Source: Mizuhopecten yessoensis
Lineage: Eukaryota
Assembly: GCF_002113885.1 (NCBI RefSeq)
Contig: NW_018406874.1
Coordinates: 334,576-398,575, forward strand
Direction of reading: 5' to 3'
DNA length: 64,000 bases
The notes under the pieces are model-generated. The model ran no database searches, was not told where the DNA came from, and was given only the letters and a program-made list of their open reading frames with translations. The position numbers and the translations under genes are program-made. Position 1 is the stretch's first letter, and the number at the start of each line of letters is the position of its first letter. Positions 14,036 to 26,803 of this stretch are shown in pieces.

Positions 14036-14228
14036 GAAAATAGCTTACAGTAATGGGCTTAATCTAGCACACCTAAGATTTTGTGAAATAGCTTACAGTA
14101 ATGAGCTTAATCTGGCACAGCTGCGATTTTGTGAAATAGCTTACAGTAATGGGTTTTAATCTAGCACAACTTAGACTTTGTGAAATAGCTTACAGTAATG
14201 GGCTTAATCTAGCACAGCTAAGATTTTA
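14036..14228. repeat. About 49-bp tandem repeat, 4 copies
   Basis: gtgaaatagcttacagtaatgggcttaatctagcaca..agatttt repeated four times. Confidence 0.85.
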
Positions 14229-16757
14229 TGTTTACACACTCAGCAGAAATCATTGAACACACTGTCATACCCCGGTATGTATATCGGCCTTTACTGACAA
14301 TCCAACTGGCAGGAATAATGAGTGTTATACATCCACAGTTTATTAATATGTCTTGTCATGCATGACTTCGTGAAAATTAATCACCATTGCATGCTTTATT
14401 ACTAGTAGACCTCTTTACCGTTGGTGACGTGTAAATTATGACAGATTGATATGACACTTTCTACAGTTACTATAGGTAGAACCATTACCCATCGCAAAAC
14501 ACATGCATCCCAATGTTTTTAAAACAATGCAAGTATCCCCTAAATTCGGAAAGCGGTGAGTAGTACCGCAAAAATGACCTTATCTCCACAAGTATGGTAG
14601 ATGAATATACAGTATGCAGTGAAAGCATAAAACATCAATAAATAATAGCCTGCTTCAACTGCTATTATGTTCGTGTGCCTATGTGGTCATTGGTCTGCAT
14701 TACAAATTACAGTCGGTATTCGAGTGGTGTTATCTGTGTACTTACTGTACACTAATTCACGTCCAGGAACTCTAACCTACCTTGTGGAATAGTATACTTA
14801 TCTACTGTGGACTTGTATGATATTTCATGGTACAATTCCTTAATATTTAGGAAGTGATACAATATTTAATCATGATAATGTACAATGTTCAACGATTTTT
14901 TTTTTTTAAATATTTGACAATAATAATTGATGGCTTGTCTAACAATTTATAGATATCAAAATCAAATACACATGTAGTGTTGACCAGACTTGAATTTATT
15001 TTTAAATAAGTACATCGTATTCACTTAAACCGCAAAGAGGTCAAATATGCAACGAAACACCAACAACAAAAAATGAAAGGAAATTAACACAAACATCACA
15101 AGGTGAAATACGTATTACCATATACAAAGTAGAGAAGTCGGTTAAGTATTCCATTATAAAGTTAATTAAAGATGTAACACCAACACAGTGTATTAGAGAT
15201 TACTTGAAATGATATATTCGAAAAGTATTTAATTAACGAAAAAACACATCTTTAAATGTAATAAAGAATCTTTAATTCAATAGATATATATCTAAGAATT
15301 ATAAATAATTATTATATCTTTCATTTGAAAGTAGTATCTTAAAATGAATTAAGGATATATCATGTAACTTGGTAATAGAGGAATTATATAATTAAATATA
15401 GTGTGGATATCTTCAAATAAATATAAAACGTTGTATAGCGATATTTCTATTCAACTAGCGGCATATCTAGTACATTTACAGATATCGTTATTACATTTAA
15501 ATATATATCTGTTTAGTAACGATGCGAAAAGGTCAATTCAGCCCATACACAGCAATGATTCAATTTAAGTAAGTAAAACGGCTAATCGGGACATATTTAC
15601 ACATACACAGCAAAGATACTGACAAATATAGCGGCAATTACGTCACCTCAGACACCACAAATGTAAATCTTACTGAACTATAGTCGATAACAGTAGGTGA
15701 AATGATATCTCTGAACCGTCAACAAATATTATTAATAGTCTCTGAAACATTGATTGTGTATGACTGTATTGAGTAACAGCCAAACAGATATATGTGTAAT
15801 CTGCATTATCTCACTCTCGGCAGCTAGGATTTTGGCAGAGACTTTACTCCCAAACGTTTCGTTTCTTCCAAGGGCTCCCGAGAAGCAGTCATTCCCCAAC
15901 ACATCAATGAATACCATGACAAGCATCAATTTAAATACAAGATTGTGTAATGTCGTTAATCACAATTTAAACTTTACTGACGCATTATATATAATTAATT
16001 GTTTTGTTATTCGTTGACGTTTTGGTGAAAAATCTTTTACGTTGTGTTGCGTGTAACACGTCTTCCTTTGCAAATTGTACACGTGTTTCTGTGTACATTT
16101 CACTATGTAACATAACATATCTTCCAATGTACATTGTATCATGAGCAACACGTGTTTCTCTGTACACTGTTTAACGAAGAAAATGTGTTCTTACCTGATG
16201 TATGTTCACTGTATCATGAAAAACACTTGTGTCTCTGTAAACTGTATAACGAAGAAGACATGTTCTCACAAATGTCTTTGCACTATAACAAATAAAACAC
16301 GTATTCTTATGTGCATTGCATCGTCGCACTCATGTTCAACAGTCCTAGCATGTGTCACCTAAAAATGAATATGTATTAATTGCGAGACACACTATCGTAT
16401 AATTATTACGGTAATGCTGACTTTAAAGTATTGATATGACGAAATAAATATTCCATTTTATTTTCTTTCTTATTTTTCAATTCTGTCTGCTGTAAAAGAA
16501 CGTCCCAATTGTCAGATGGGAACGATTATAATTAAATAAACATGCATGTCATTCGATCTTATCTGATTGTTTATAAAAGCAACGATAATTTTCAATTTGA
16601 AAAAGAATGAAAAAATACCGCATCGTCGACACACACACAGACAAACTTGAAATCAAAATCAATACGACTGTGTACCGTTCAAAATCACCGGGACGGCTGT
16701 TACCCTGTTGTATCAATATAATAATTAATTACAGCAATGATCGGCCTGTGACCGATG

Positions 16758-17576
16758 TCAGCAATAACGTGGAGTGATGACCGAGTACAGTACAACCCCC
16801 TGGTAGACCATGCTCTCGTTCCATCGTCCGTCCGTCGTCCGAACATGCTTCACAAACCCAAACCTTTGTTCAAGCTCCGAGCACGGAACACTAGCAAACT
16901 TTTGTAACGGTATATACTTTTCCGTCTTGTGGGAATATCTCGGCGATTCACAGATCGCCAAATCAACGGAACGTAATCCAATATCTAAGTTACAGGGCAC
17001 AGGTAGAGACAGGTGTGCAAATTTCCGTCGAACAGGTGGTAAAATTTTGTACGTTGGTGCCGTAAATTGGGGACGTCGCACGTGAATTTCGTGATACATG
17101 TGAGTTTCGTTGTTACTCCAGAAAAAGATGTCAACGTATGGCCAGCGAAACGGTTTATAAGGAAGATGTTTAGATTTTGCGTCATAAAATTTCCAGGCAT
17201 AGTTAACTGGTGTAAAAAATTCAAAGTCAGGTTTCATCTTGGGTAAAAGTTCAGCCAAGCGTCCTCTATCAGAGGCATTCACCATGACGTCGACATCGTC
17301 ATCCCAGGGAATAGGACCGTGGTGTCGATAAGACCCCAGCAGCGTACCGCCTTCCAATATGTACGTGATGTTATTCTCCGTCATTAATTTGTCGAACTTT
17401 TCAAGAGTTCTTAGTAATTTATCAAGGTCACTATCCGTGAGTTGAGGTTTGAACACATTGTTAGGGAAATGTCTGCCTCGAACCTTTAATCCAGACATAA
17501 ACAAATAGACGAGGCCACAAGTGAAGACCACCTCAAGGATGATTTTCCACAACCATGATTTAACCAGAAAAGACAT
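16758..17576 (-). CDS. LicD/fukutin-family nucleotidyltransferase-fold phosphotransferase, type II membrane protein, 272 aa, single coding exon
   Basis: The ORF track starts at TTG 17603, but the first in-frame ATG is at 17576. N-terminal hydrophobic anchor (WLWKIILEVVFTCGLVYLFM); LicD motifs YILEGGTLLGSYRHHGPIPWDDDVDV, WKF and WPYVDIF. Candidate 5'-UTR splice acceptor (tttcag) near 17855. Confidence 0.9.
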   Translation of the reverse strand: MSFLVKSWLWKIILEVVFTCGLVYLFMSGLKVRGRHFPNNVFKPQLTDSDLDKLLRTLEKFDKLMTENNITYILEGGTLLGSYRHHGPIPWDDDVDVMVNASDRGRLAELLPKMKPDFEFFTPVNYAWKFYDAKSKHLPYKPFRWPYVDIFFWSNNETHMYHEIHVRRPQFTAPTYKILPPVRRKFAHLSLPVPCNLDIGLRSVDLAICESPRYSHKTEKYIPLQKFASVPCSELEQRFGFVKHVRTTDGRWNESMVYQGVVLYSVITPRYC

Positions 17577-19426
17577 ATCAGTAGAGCGCCCAACACTCAA
17601 CAAGTGTTTGTCTTAGACCTAGTTCGAATGTTTGTAACCGCCTCTCCGACAAGGAGAAAAATATACTCGAGATGAAGACCCTGGTTCGTGGCGTAATTCG
17701 GCTGTATAAAATCCACAAAACTGAATCTATTTTTAATCCAATTACAACTAAGAGAGTAAAACACTAGTATACACAGCATTTTCCTTGTAATGTCTTAATG
17801 CAAATATTCCTTATTAGTCCGGAACTCCGCAGACAACAAGTTAGTTTCACTTCCCTGAAAGTCATTTGTAAACTGTGTAATGGAATAACGTGAGAATGGA
17901 TCCAGCTAGACGACTGGCGGCTACTGCAGAGAGGCTTGGGGTAGCGTAATTGATAGGCTCCGTGTGATGGTTCTGACTACAGCCTGTTATGTCCATCCCT
18001 CTTGTCTGTGTGATAAAATTCGCTGTGACAACACTTAATATGATATCTCCGCTGCACGGACAATGATGATATTTACTGTCAAATATACATACATACTCGG
18101 TTTTACGACCACCACAAAGCGACAAAAACTTCCCAATCAGCTGTGTATCAGTATTGATATTTCTTATTGCTTGTTTTTGTAAAAAAAAATACCGATAGAC
18201 ACTCATTCAATCACGATAATTATAACCATCCCCAATACCTTTGCATATTTGTCATCAACACAAAAACAAATAATCAAAATATATATTCAACTGCGAAATT
18301 GAACAAATCTTAGCTTCCGACTATTGCGTGCGTCGTTAGAGCCCTAGGGAGAAAATGTTCGTATCCACAAATATTATATGCTTAGGTTGGAAAATTGAAA
18401 CAATTTTTATGGGGTTCGAATAAATTATTGAGTGTCTCCGTTGATTGAGGTTGAAAGGTGTCTGTCAAGTATCTCACACCTCCTGTTTCAAGAATCCGGC
18501 GCGTAGGCTCCATTGATTTGTCGGCAGCTAGTCTTAAAACGAACCGGAAACAGAAAATGTTATACAACAATTAAAAACAAACCTACCGGGATCGGATCAG
18601 ACTAGTTCATCAACCTACTACGAACGATATTGATATCTTCAACAGGGCCCGTCATAAAGGAGGGAAGTATCTAACCAACAAATGACAGACATATTACGGA
18701 ATGTCACGAACGATTCAGACAGATTCATAAACACTACAGTATTCACATTATACAATCAATATAAATACACATTGTGATAATATCAACTAATTCCCAAGTT
18801 GGGAAAGCGATCAATCATTAAGAAACTCGGGCTTTTCCGTCGTACCTGTTGCCCGATGATATGACAGAAAGACTTGACTGCTTCAATATTAATCCGTTTT
18901 AGGAAACACATTAAAGATGAGGAATGAAGCGAGATCTTCTCTAGGAACAAAACCGTGGTCAGTTTGCTATGCTAAGTTAATATGCAAAGCATGGCGTAAT
19001 GTGGGACATTTTGTCTGACCAGAAAATTGATTGATTACCTTAAACAAGCAACTCATTACTGTTGACTTTCATTGAATTGTATTTATTATTTATGTATCTT
19101 TTGTCTTTTTTTTATTAAATTTGTTTAAATTAGCTTGGCGTTTATTATGTACAGCCTTTCCTTACGATACACAGTACGTGGGCTTCCGACACCCTTACAT
19201 CATATGATTACCCCCTTCCTTTGAATGTAGGTGTTAAGTCGTGACGATAAAGCCTTCACAACGTCTTACCACAACGTAACACAGCAAAATCAATACAGCA
19301 ATTGTGTTACAATAGTAACAGTACGGTCTAATGCCATTTCCATGGTAATAGTATCTCGACGAAAACGCAAGAATAAAAGGAATACTACACAGTTTCACGA
19401 ACCGTCCCATACACCTCCCAAACCTG

Positions 19427-22400
19427 GTGGTTAATACACAGTTGGTGTGGTGTACTGGTACATTGGTAGTCTTACAGTTATGTGGTTTACACACGGTTGG
19501 TGTGGTGTACTGGTGGTACATTGGTGACCTTACAGCTATGTGGTTTACACACGATTGATGTGGTGTACTGGTACATTGGTAGCTTACAGCTATGTTGTTT
19601 ACACACGATTGGTGTGGTGTACTGGTACATTCGTGGACTTACAGCTATGTGGGTTACACACGATTGGTGTGGTGTACTGGTACATTTGTCGGCTTACAGC
19701 TATGTGGTTTACACACGATTGGTGTGGTGGACTGGTACATTGGTGGACTTACAGCTATGTGGTTTACACACGATTTGTGTGGTGTACTGGTACATTGGTA
19801 GACTTACAGCTATGTGGTTTACACACGATTGATGTGGTGTACTGGTACATTGGTGTTCTTACAGCTATGTGGTTTACACACGATTGGTTTGGTGTACTGG
19901 TACATTGGTGACCTTACAGTTACGTGGTTTACACACGATTGGTGTGGTGAACTGGTCCATTGGTGACCTTACAGCTATGTGGTTAACACACGATTGGTGA
20001 ACTGGTACATTGGTGACCTTACAGCTATGTGATTTACACACGGTTGGTGTGGTGTACTGGTACATTGGTAGTCTTACAGCTAAGTGGTTTACACACGGTT
20101 GGTGTGGTGTACTGGTGGTACATTGGTGACCTTACAGCTATGTGGTTAACACACGATTGGTGAACTGGTACATTGGTGACCTTACAGCTATGTGATTTAC
20201 ACACGGTTGGTGTGGTGTACTGGTACATTGGTAGTCTTACAGTTATGTGGTTAACACACGATTGGTGTGGTAGCTATGTGGTTTACACACGATTGATGTG
20301 GTGTACTGGTACATTGGTAGCTTACAGCTATGTTGTTTACACACGATTGGTGTGGTGTACTGGTATATTGGTAGCCTTACAGCTATGTGGTTAACACACG
20401 ATTGGTGAACTGGTACATTGGTGACCTTACAGCTATGTGGGTTACACACGATTGGTGTGGTGTACTGGTACATTCGTGGACTTACAGCTATGTGGTTTAC
20501 ACACGATTGATGTGGTGTACTGGTACATTGGTAGACTTACAGCTATGTGGTTTACACACGATTGATGTGGTGTACTGGTACATTGGTGTTCTTACAGCTA
20601 TGTGGTTTACACACGATTGGTTTGGTGTACTGGTACATTGGTCGGCTTACAGCTATGTGGTTAACACACGATTGGTGAACTGGTACATTGGTGACCTTAC
20701 AGCTATGTGGGTTACACACGATTGGTGTGGTGTACTGGTACATTGCTATGTGGTTTACACACGATTGGTGTAGTGTACTGGTACATTGGTGGACTTACAG
20801 CTATGTGGTTTACACACGATTTGTGTGGTGTACTGGTACATTGGTAGACTTACAGCTATGTGGTTTACACACGATTGATGTGGTGTACTGGTACATTGGT
20901 AGACTTACAGCTATGTGGTTTACACACGATTGATGTGGTGTACTGGTACATTGGTGGCCTTACAGCTATGTGGTTTACACACGATTGGCGTGGTGTACTG
21001 GTACATTGGTCGGCTTACAGCTATGTGGTTAACACACGATTGGTGAACTGGTACATTGGTGACCTTACAGCTATGTGATTTACACACGGTTGGTGTGGTG
21101 TACTGGTACATTGGTAGTCTTACAGCTAAGTGGTTTACACACGGTTGGTGTATGTGGTTTACACACGATTGGTGTGGTGTACTGGTACATTGGTGACCTT
21201 ACAGTTATGTGGTTTACACACGATTGGTGTGGTGAACTGGTACATTGGTGACCTTACAGCTATGTGGTTTACACACGATTGGTGTGGTGTACTGGTACAT
21301 TGGTCGGCTTACAGCTATGTGGTTTACACACGATTGGTGTGGTGTATTAGTACATTGGTCGCCTTATAGCTATGTGATTTACACACGATTAATGTGGTGT
21401 ACTGGTACATTGGGGACCTTACAGCTATGTGGTTTACACACGATTGGTGTGGTGTATTGGTACATTGGTGCCCTTACAGCTATGTGGTTAACACACGATT
21501 GGTGTGGTGTACTGGTATATTGATAGTCTTACAGTTATGTGGTTAACACACGATTGGTGTGGTGTACTGGTACATTGGTGACCTTACAGTTATGTGGTTT
21601 ACACACGATTGGTGTGGTGAACTGGTACATTGGTGACCTTACAGCTATGTGGTTTACACACGATTGGTGTGGTGTACTGGTACATTGGTAGTCTTACAGT
21701 TATGTGGTTAACACACGATTGGTGTGGTGTACTGGTATATTGATAGTCTTACAGTTATGTGGTTAACACACGATTGGTGTGGTGTATTGGTACATTGGTA
21801 GACTTACAGCTATGTGGTTTACACACGTTTGGTGTGGTGTATTGGGACATTGGTGACCTTCCAGCTATGTGGTTAACACACGATTGGTGTGGGGTACTGG
21901 TACATTGGTAGTCTTACAGTTATGTGATTTACACACGGTTGGTGTGGTGTACTGGTACATTGGTGCCCTTACAGCTATGTGGTTAACACACGATTGGCGT
22001 GGTGTACTGGTACATTGGTGACCTTACAGCTATGTGATTTACACACGGTTGGTGTGGTGTACTGGTACATTGGTAGTCTTACAGCTATGTGATTAACACA
22101 CGATTGGTGTGGTGTATTGGTACATTGGTGCCCTTACAGCTATGTGGTTAACACACGATTGGAGTGGTGTACTGGTACATTGGTGACCTTACAGCTATGT
22201 GATTTACACACGGTTGGTGTGGTGTACTGGTACATTGGTGGCCTTACAGCTATGTGGTTTACACACGATTGGTGGGGTGTACTGGTACATTGGTAGTCTT
22301 ACAGTTATGTGGTTTACACACGGTTGGTGGGGTGTACTGGTACATTGGTGACCTTACAGCTATGTGATTTGCACACTGTTGGTGTGGTGTACTGGTACAT

Positions 22401-23240
22401 TGGTGACCTTATAGCTATGTGGTTAACACACGATTGGTGTGGTATACTGGTACATTGGTGACCTTACAGCTATGTGATTTGCACACTGTTGGTGTGGTGT
22501 ACTGGTACATTGGTGACCTTACAGCTATGTGGTTTACACCCGATTGGTGTGGTGTACTGGTACATTGGTGACCTTACAGCTATGTGGTTTAAACACGATT
22601 GGTGTGGTGTATTGGTACATTGGTGACCTTACAGCTATGTGGTTAACACACGATTGGTGTGGTGTGCTGGTACATTGGTAGTCTTACAGTTATGTGGTTA
22701 ACATACGATTGGTGTGGTGTACTGGTACATTGGTGGCCTTACAGTTATGTGGTTTACACACGGTTGGTGTGGTGTACTGGTATATTGGTGGCCTTACAGC
22801 TATGTGATTTACACACGATTGATGTGGTGTACTGGTACATTGGTAGTCTTACAGTTATGTGGTTTACAGACGGTTGGTGTGGTGTACTGGTATATTGGTG
22901 GCCTTACAGCTATGTGATTTACACACGATTGGTGTGGTGTACTGGTACATTGGTGACCTTACAGCTATGTGATTTACACACGGTTGGTGTGGTGTACTGG
23001 TACATTGGTAGACTTACCGCTAAGTGGTTTACACACGGTTGGTGGGGTGTACTGGTACATTGGTGGACTTACAGCTATGTGGTTTACACACGATTGGTGT
23101 GGTGTACTGGTACATTGGTAGACTTACAGCTATTTGGTTTACACACGATTGGTGTGGTGTACTGGTATATTGGTAGTCTCACAGCTATGTGGTTTACACA
23201 CGATTGGTGTGGTGTACTGGTACATTGGTGGCTTTACAGT
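19427..23240. repeat. About 55-bp GT-rich minisatellite, roughly 69 copies (3.8 kb)
   Basis: Unit ggtttacacacgattggtgtggtgtactggtacattggt(gacc/agtc/agac/ggac/cggc/ggcc)ttacagctatgt. Period of 55 measured at 22531 and 22586; shortened variant units occur. Confidence 0.97.
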
Positions 23241-24404
23241 CGTTCTATGTAGAACAAATATTTTTAAAACAATTCTATCATCGTCGGCTTATCCATATTC
23301 ACATTTACGCTTGAAATGGGGTTATTATCCTCACAATATTATTCGTAACTTTATTTTGGTTTTTTTTGACGGATTATATTCTTACGCGGATCACTTTTGT
23401 GTTGATACCACTTCCAGTTTAAGACGTCATCTGGCACGAGCAAACGTTCTTTTTGAGAAAATACGTTCCCAAATGCCGGGAAACGAGAAAATTCGTTCAC
23501 AAGTTGTTCCAAAGTCGTTCTCAACTTCTTCTGGGGTATTATCTTACTGACTCTCCATGATAATGAATTTATCATCCTACCGGTAGGTCGTATAAAGTAG
23601 TATATAGATGATAATTAATGTTCCTGTTGAACCTGTTTTGATTACTTATGACATATAAGCCTTTCTGACTGGCGATGATGTGAAGGTTATCTAACTGGAA
23701 TAGTTGTTAAGAGTTTTAGTAAGGGTCACTGGTGTATTTAGTTTGTGTAAGTGCCTCTTTAGTCCTTTAAATCAACTTTAAATATGAAATCTTATCTGTG
23801 TAATGATATCTAACTTAATCATTATGGGTAATCGAAAAGGTGTCCATTATCCTTTAACTTAATTTGATTTCAGGCCTAACATTTAATGTCATCCTCTTTT
23901 TCAATGTGATGCTTACTGAAAATAATTAATTTTATACTACATTTGATTGGTATGGTTTCCTTCAGTTGGTTATAGAGCAAGCCTTTTTTCCAAAAAAGTT
24001 AGATGTTTTGTCTGCAGACACAACTACATACCAATCATGTACAGTGTGGTTTGCACATCGGGGTCAATTAATTTATTTTTAAATTTCAAAAAGCCTAGAC
24101 CTTTTTTGATGGTGTAGTGTTGCATTGTGAATAAGAATGAGATCGCCAGTTACTACAAGTCTAGCCAGACAGACCATACTTGTGCGGAGCAAGAGCGTGC
24201 TGAAGGAGGAACTATGCTAAGGTCGTATAAGTTCAGCTGTGGTACTATTAGTTTCAGGTATACCGATTGAGAATAACCATTTTTCCCCTAAAGAATAATA
24301 GTGTTTTCAGACTTATATCAAACACATTCAAAAATGTGTTTGAAGTACATTTTCGACATTGATTATTATTTCAGTACGTTTATTCATAATATGAAGCGTT
24401 GCAA

Positions 24405-25170
24405 CACCAATGGTTTTGATAGTGTTAATTAACAACACTGAACAAATAACAAATGATTTTGATAGTGTTAATTAACAACACTGAACAAATAACAAACGGC
24501 TTTGATAGTGTTATTAACAACACTGAACAAATAACAAATGGCTTTGATAGTGTTAATTAACACCACTGAATAAATAATAAATGGTTTTGTTAGTGTTATT
24601 AACACTGAACAAATAATAAATGGTTTTGATAGTATTCAGCCCTGAACCAGCTAATGGTTTTGAGAATAGTTGTCTCTGAACAAATAACAAATGGCTTTGA
24701 TAGTGTTAATTAACACCACTGAACAAATAACACATGGCTTTGATAGTGTTAATTTACAACACTGAACAAATAACAAATGGCTTCGATAGTGTTAATTAAC
24801 AACACTGAACAAATAACAAATGGTTTTGATAGTGTTATTAACAACACTGAACAAATAATAAATGGTTTTGATAGTATTCAGCCCTGAACCAGCTAACGGT
24901 TTTGAGAATATTTGGCTCTGAACAAATAACAAATGGTTTTAAAAGTGTTTAGTCCTGAACCGGTTACAAAAGGTTTTAATAGTGTAGAGCATTGGACATG
25001 ATTTAGATGGTTTTGATAATATTTAGCTCTGAACAAATTACAAATCGGTTTGATAATGCTCAGCACCGAACAAGTTACAAATGACTTTGAAAGTGCTACT
25101 CACCTAACAGGTAACCAATGGTTCTGATACTGTAGTGTTCAGCACTAAACAGATTACACGTGATTGTGAT
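24405..25170. repeat. About 43-bp (degenerating to about 37-bp) tandem repeat with an internal palindrome
   Basis: aatggttttgatagtgttaattaacaacactgaacaaataac units, with an agtgtt...aacact stem in each unit. Homogeneous on the left and decaying to the right. Confidence 0.9.
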
Positions 25171-25642
25171 CGTGTGCAACACTGACTCCCAATGCAGGAT
25201 CTGTTTTCACTACGCGTAAATATGTAATGAATTCCCAGAACATAAATCAGAAATGACAGTTAATTTGAAAAATAAGTATCCTCAAAGCAAGTCTGGAATG
25301 ATTTTATTTACGTGTGTACATGTATCATACAAAGATAGACAGAATGGTATGAAGTCGTGCTTATCTGAGCATGGTCAGAAGTTGTGTTTATTAAGTTGAT
25401 ATATCGCTTTCACAATAGCATATCTGACATATACTTATAACAACAAATACTGTTTGTAGTGAGGGTACCGGTACGTCTTTAGATATATGTACGTAGATGT
25501 ATCATCCTTAGAAGCCCGGTCAATGCAAAACCAGCAGGTTATATATAATACAGTGTATTACAACACGCATTGTCACATCATATAACAAGGAGTCATTCTT
25601 TAAAAATATATATTTCTTTTCAGCCACATTACTTTCAGATTG

Positions 25643-26803
25643 TCATGGAGACTTCGTCCAACATGGCAGAGCTGTTTTTGTTTGGTACAATATGCAATCC
25701 CCGACCTTGACCGTCTCCATGACATAGTTGCCACGTGTCTCTCGGAACACAAAGGGGAACTTCCGGTACAGAGATTGGCACTTTACGGTTTTTCTTGTCT
25801 CTGGATCCTTTGGCCGTTCCGCCTTGTGTGTGTAGGAGGAGGTGGTGCAGAGTGTGGGGTCGTATGTCCTTGACAACACGTGCGGTGAGTTACACGGCAC
25901 AGGCTGTAACGACCCTTGATATGGTTTGAATTGGAGAGGAAACACGTCAACTTTTCGAAACACATAAAGTTGTGTGTATCTGTGGGCTTTATCCCATATG
26001 TGAGTTTCGTTTTCTCCAAAAAAGAATATGTCGATATATGGCCAGGCAAATGGTCTTTTAGTTCGAGTTATATTTTTCGAAAAGAATTTCCATTGGACAA
26101 GGGGAGGGCGATATAGTGTGTATTTCGGAAGTGATTCCAGTGCACGTGACATAGCATCTTTCTGAGATCCATTGACCAGGACGTCAATGTCGTCATCCCA
26201 CGGAATCATTGTGTGGTGGCGATGGGCGCCAATTAAAGTCCCTCCGTACAACATAAATGTCACATTTGCCTTTTTAAGTGCGTTGGAGAAATGGTGAAAT
26301 GTCATAAACATGGCATCAAGTTCATTTACAGTTAAACCTGACCTAAACCGTTTCTCATACAGCCTTTCCCCATCAGGATTTATCTCATATTTTCGAGACT
26401 TTTGATCAATCTTGAATAAATAACGAAAATTGTTGAATTCAACTTCAAGTGGATGTTTTAAGTTTTTTTCGAACGAAATATTTGACATCAATAAATAGTC
26501 TGCATATTGGCTGTTTTGTCCCCTGTAGTTGTATAAATGTTCATAATACGGTGATACATGACAACGCTGTTTACTCAAATCATTATCAGATTTAGAGGTC
26601 GTTTTCCATATACTGAACAAAGCGAATGACACCGACGCTATGCTAATTGTAGCCAGTATGATCATCCGCTTGCAGTTGACCTTTCTGGCGTAGCTATCCC
26701 GTCTGACCTTCATGTTGTTACAACCGAATATGGTCGAAATGACTTTGTTCCGCCGACTCCCTGATGTATAGTACATGTCCGACTCGTCCAAATGGGTAAA
26801 CAT
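25643..26803 (-). CDS. LicD/fukutin-family phosphotransferase, type II membrane protein, 386 aa, single coding exon
   Basis: Cytoplasmic tail, TM segment (MIILATISIASVSFALFSIW), stem, then FMLYGGTLIGAHRHHTMIPWDDDIDV, WKF and WPYIDIFF. The C-terminal Cys pattern is shared with the 16758 gene. Splice acceptor (ctttccctttcag) at about 26928 in the 5' UTR. Confidence 0.92.
   Translation of the reverse strand: MFTHLDESDMYYTSGSRRNKVISTIFGCNNMKVRRDSYARKVNCKRMIILATISIASVSFALFSIWKTTSKSDNDLSKQRCHVSPYYEHLYNYRGQNSQYADYLLMSNISFEKNLKHPLEVEFNNFRYLFKIDQKSRKYEINPDGERLYEKRFRSGLTVNELDAMFMTFHHFSNALKKANVTFMLYGGTLIGAHRHHTMIPWDDDIDVLVNGSQKDAMSRALESLPKYTLYRPPLVQWKFFSKNITRTKRPFAWPYIDIFFFGENETHIWDKAHRYTQLYVFRKVDVFPLQFKPYQGSLQPVPCNSPHVLSRTYDPTLCTTSSYTHKAERPKDPETRKTVKCQSLYRKFPFVFRETRGNYVMETVKVGDCILYQTKTALPCWTKSP

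Noticed and set aside
19427-23240. CRISPR-like array, or the many W/Y/V-rich ORFs in this region
   Set aside because: There are no unique spacers (the variable part is only 4-5 nt and reused), no cas genes, and the context is eukaryotic. The ORFs are frame-cycling translations of a 55-bp repeat.
16758-26803. Bacterial contamination or recent horizontal transfer of licD
   Set aside because: The genes have Golgi-type N-terminal anchors and upstream splice acceptors, have host-like composition and sit among intron-rich genes. FKRP is also single-exon. An ancient origin cannot be judged without a phylogeny.
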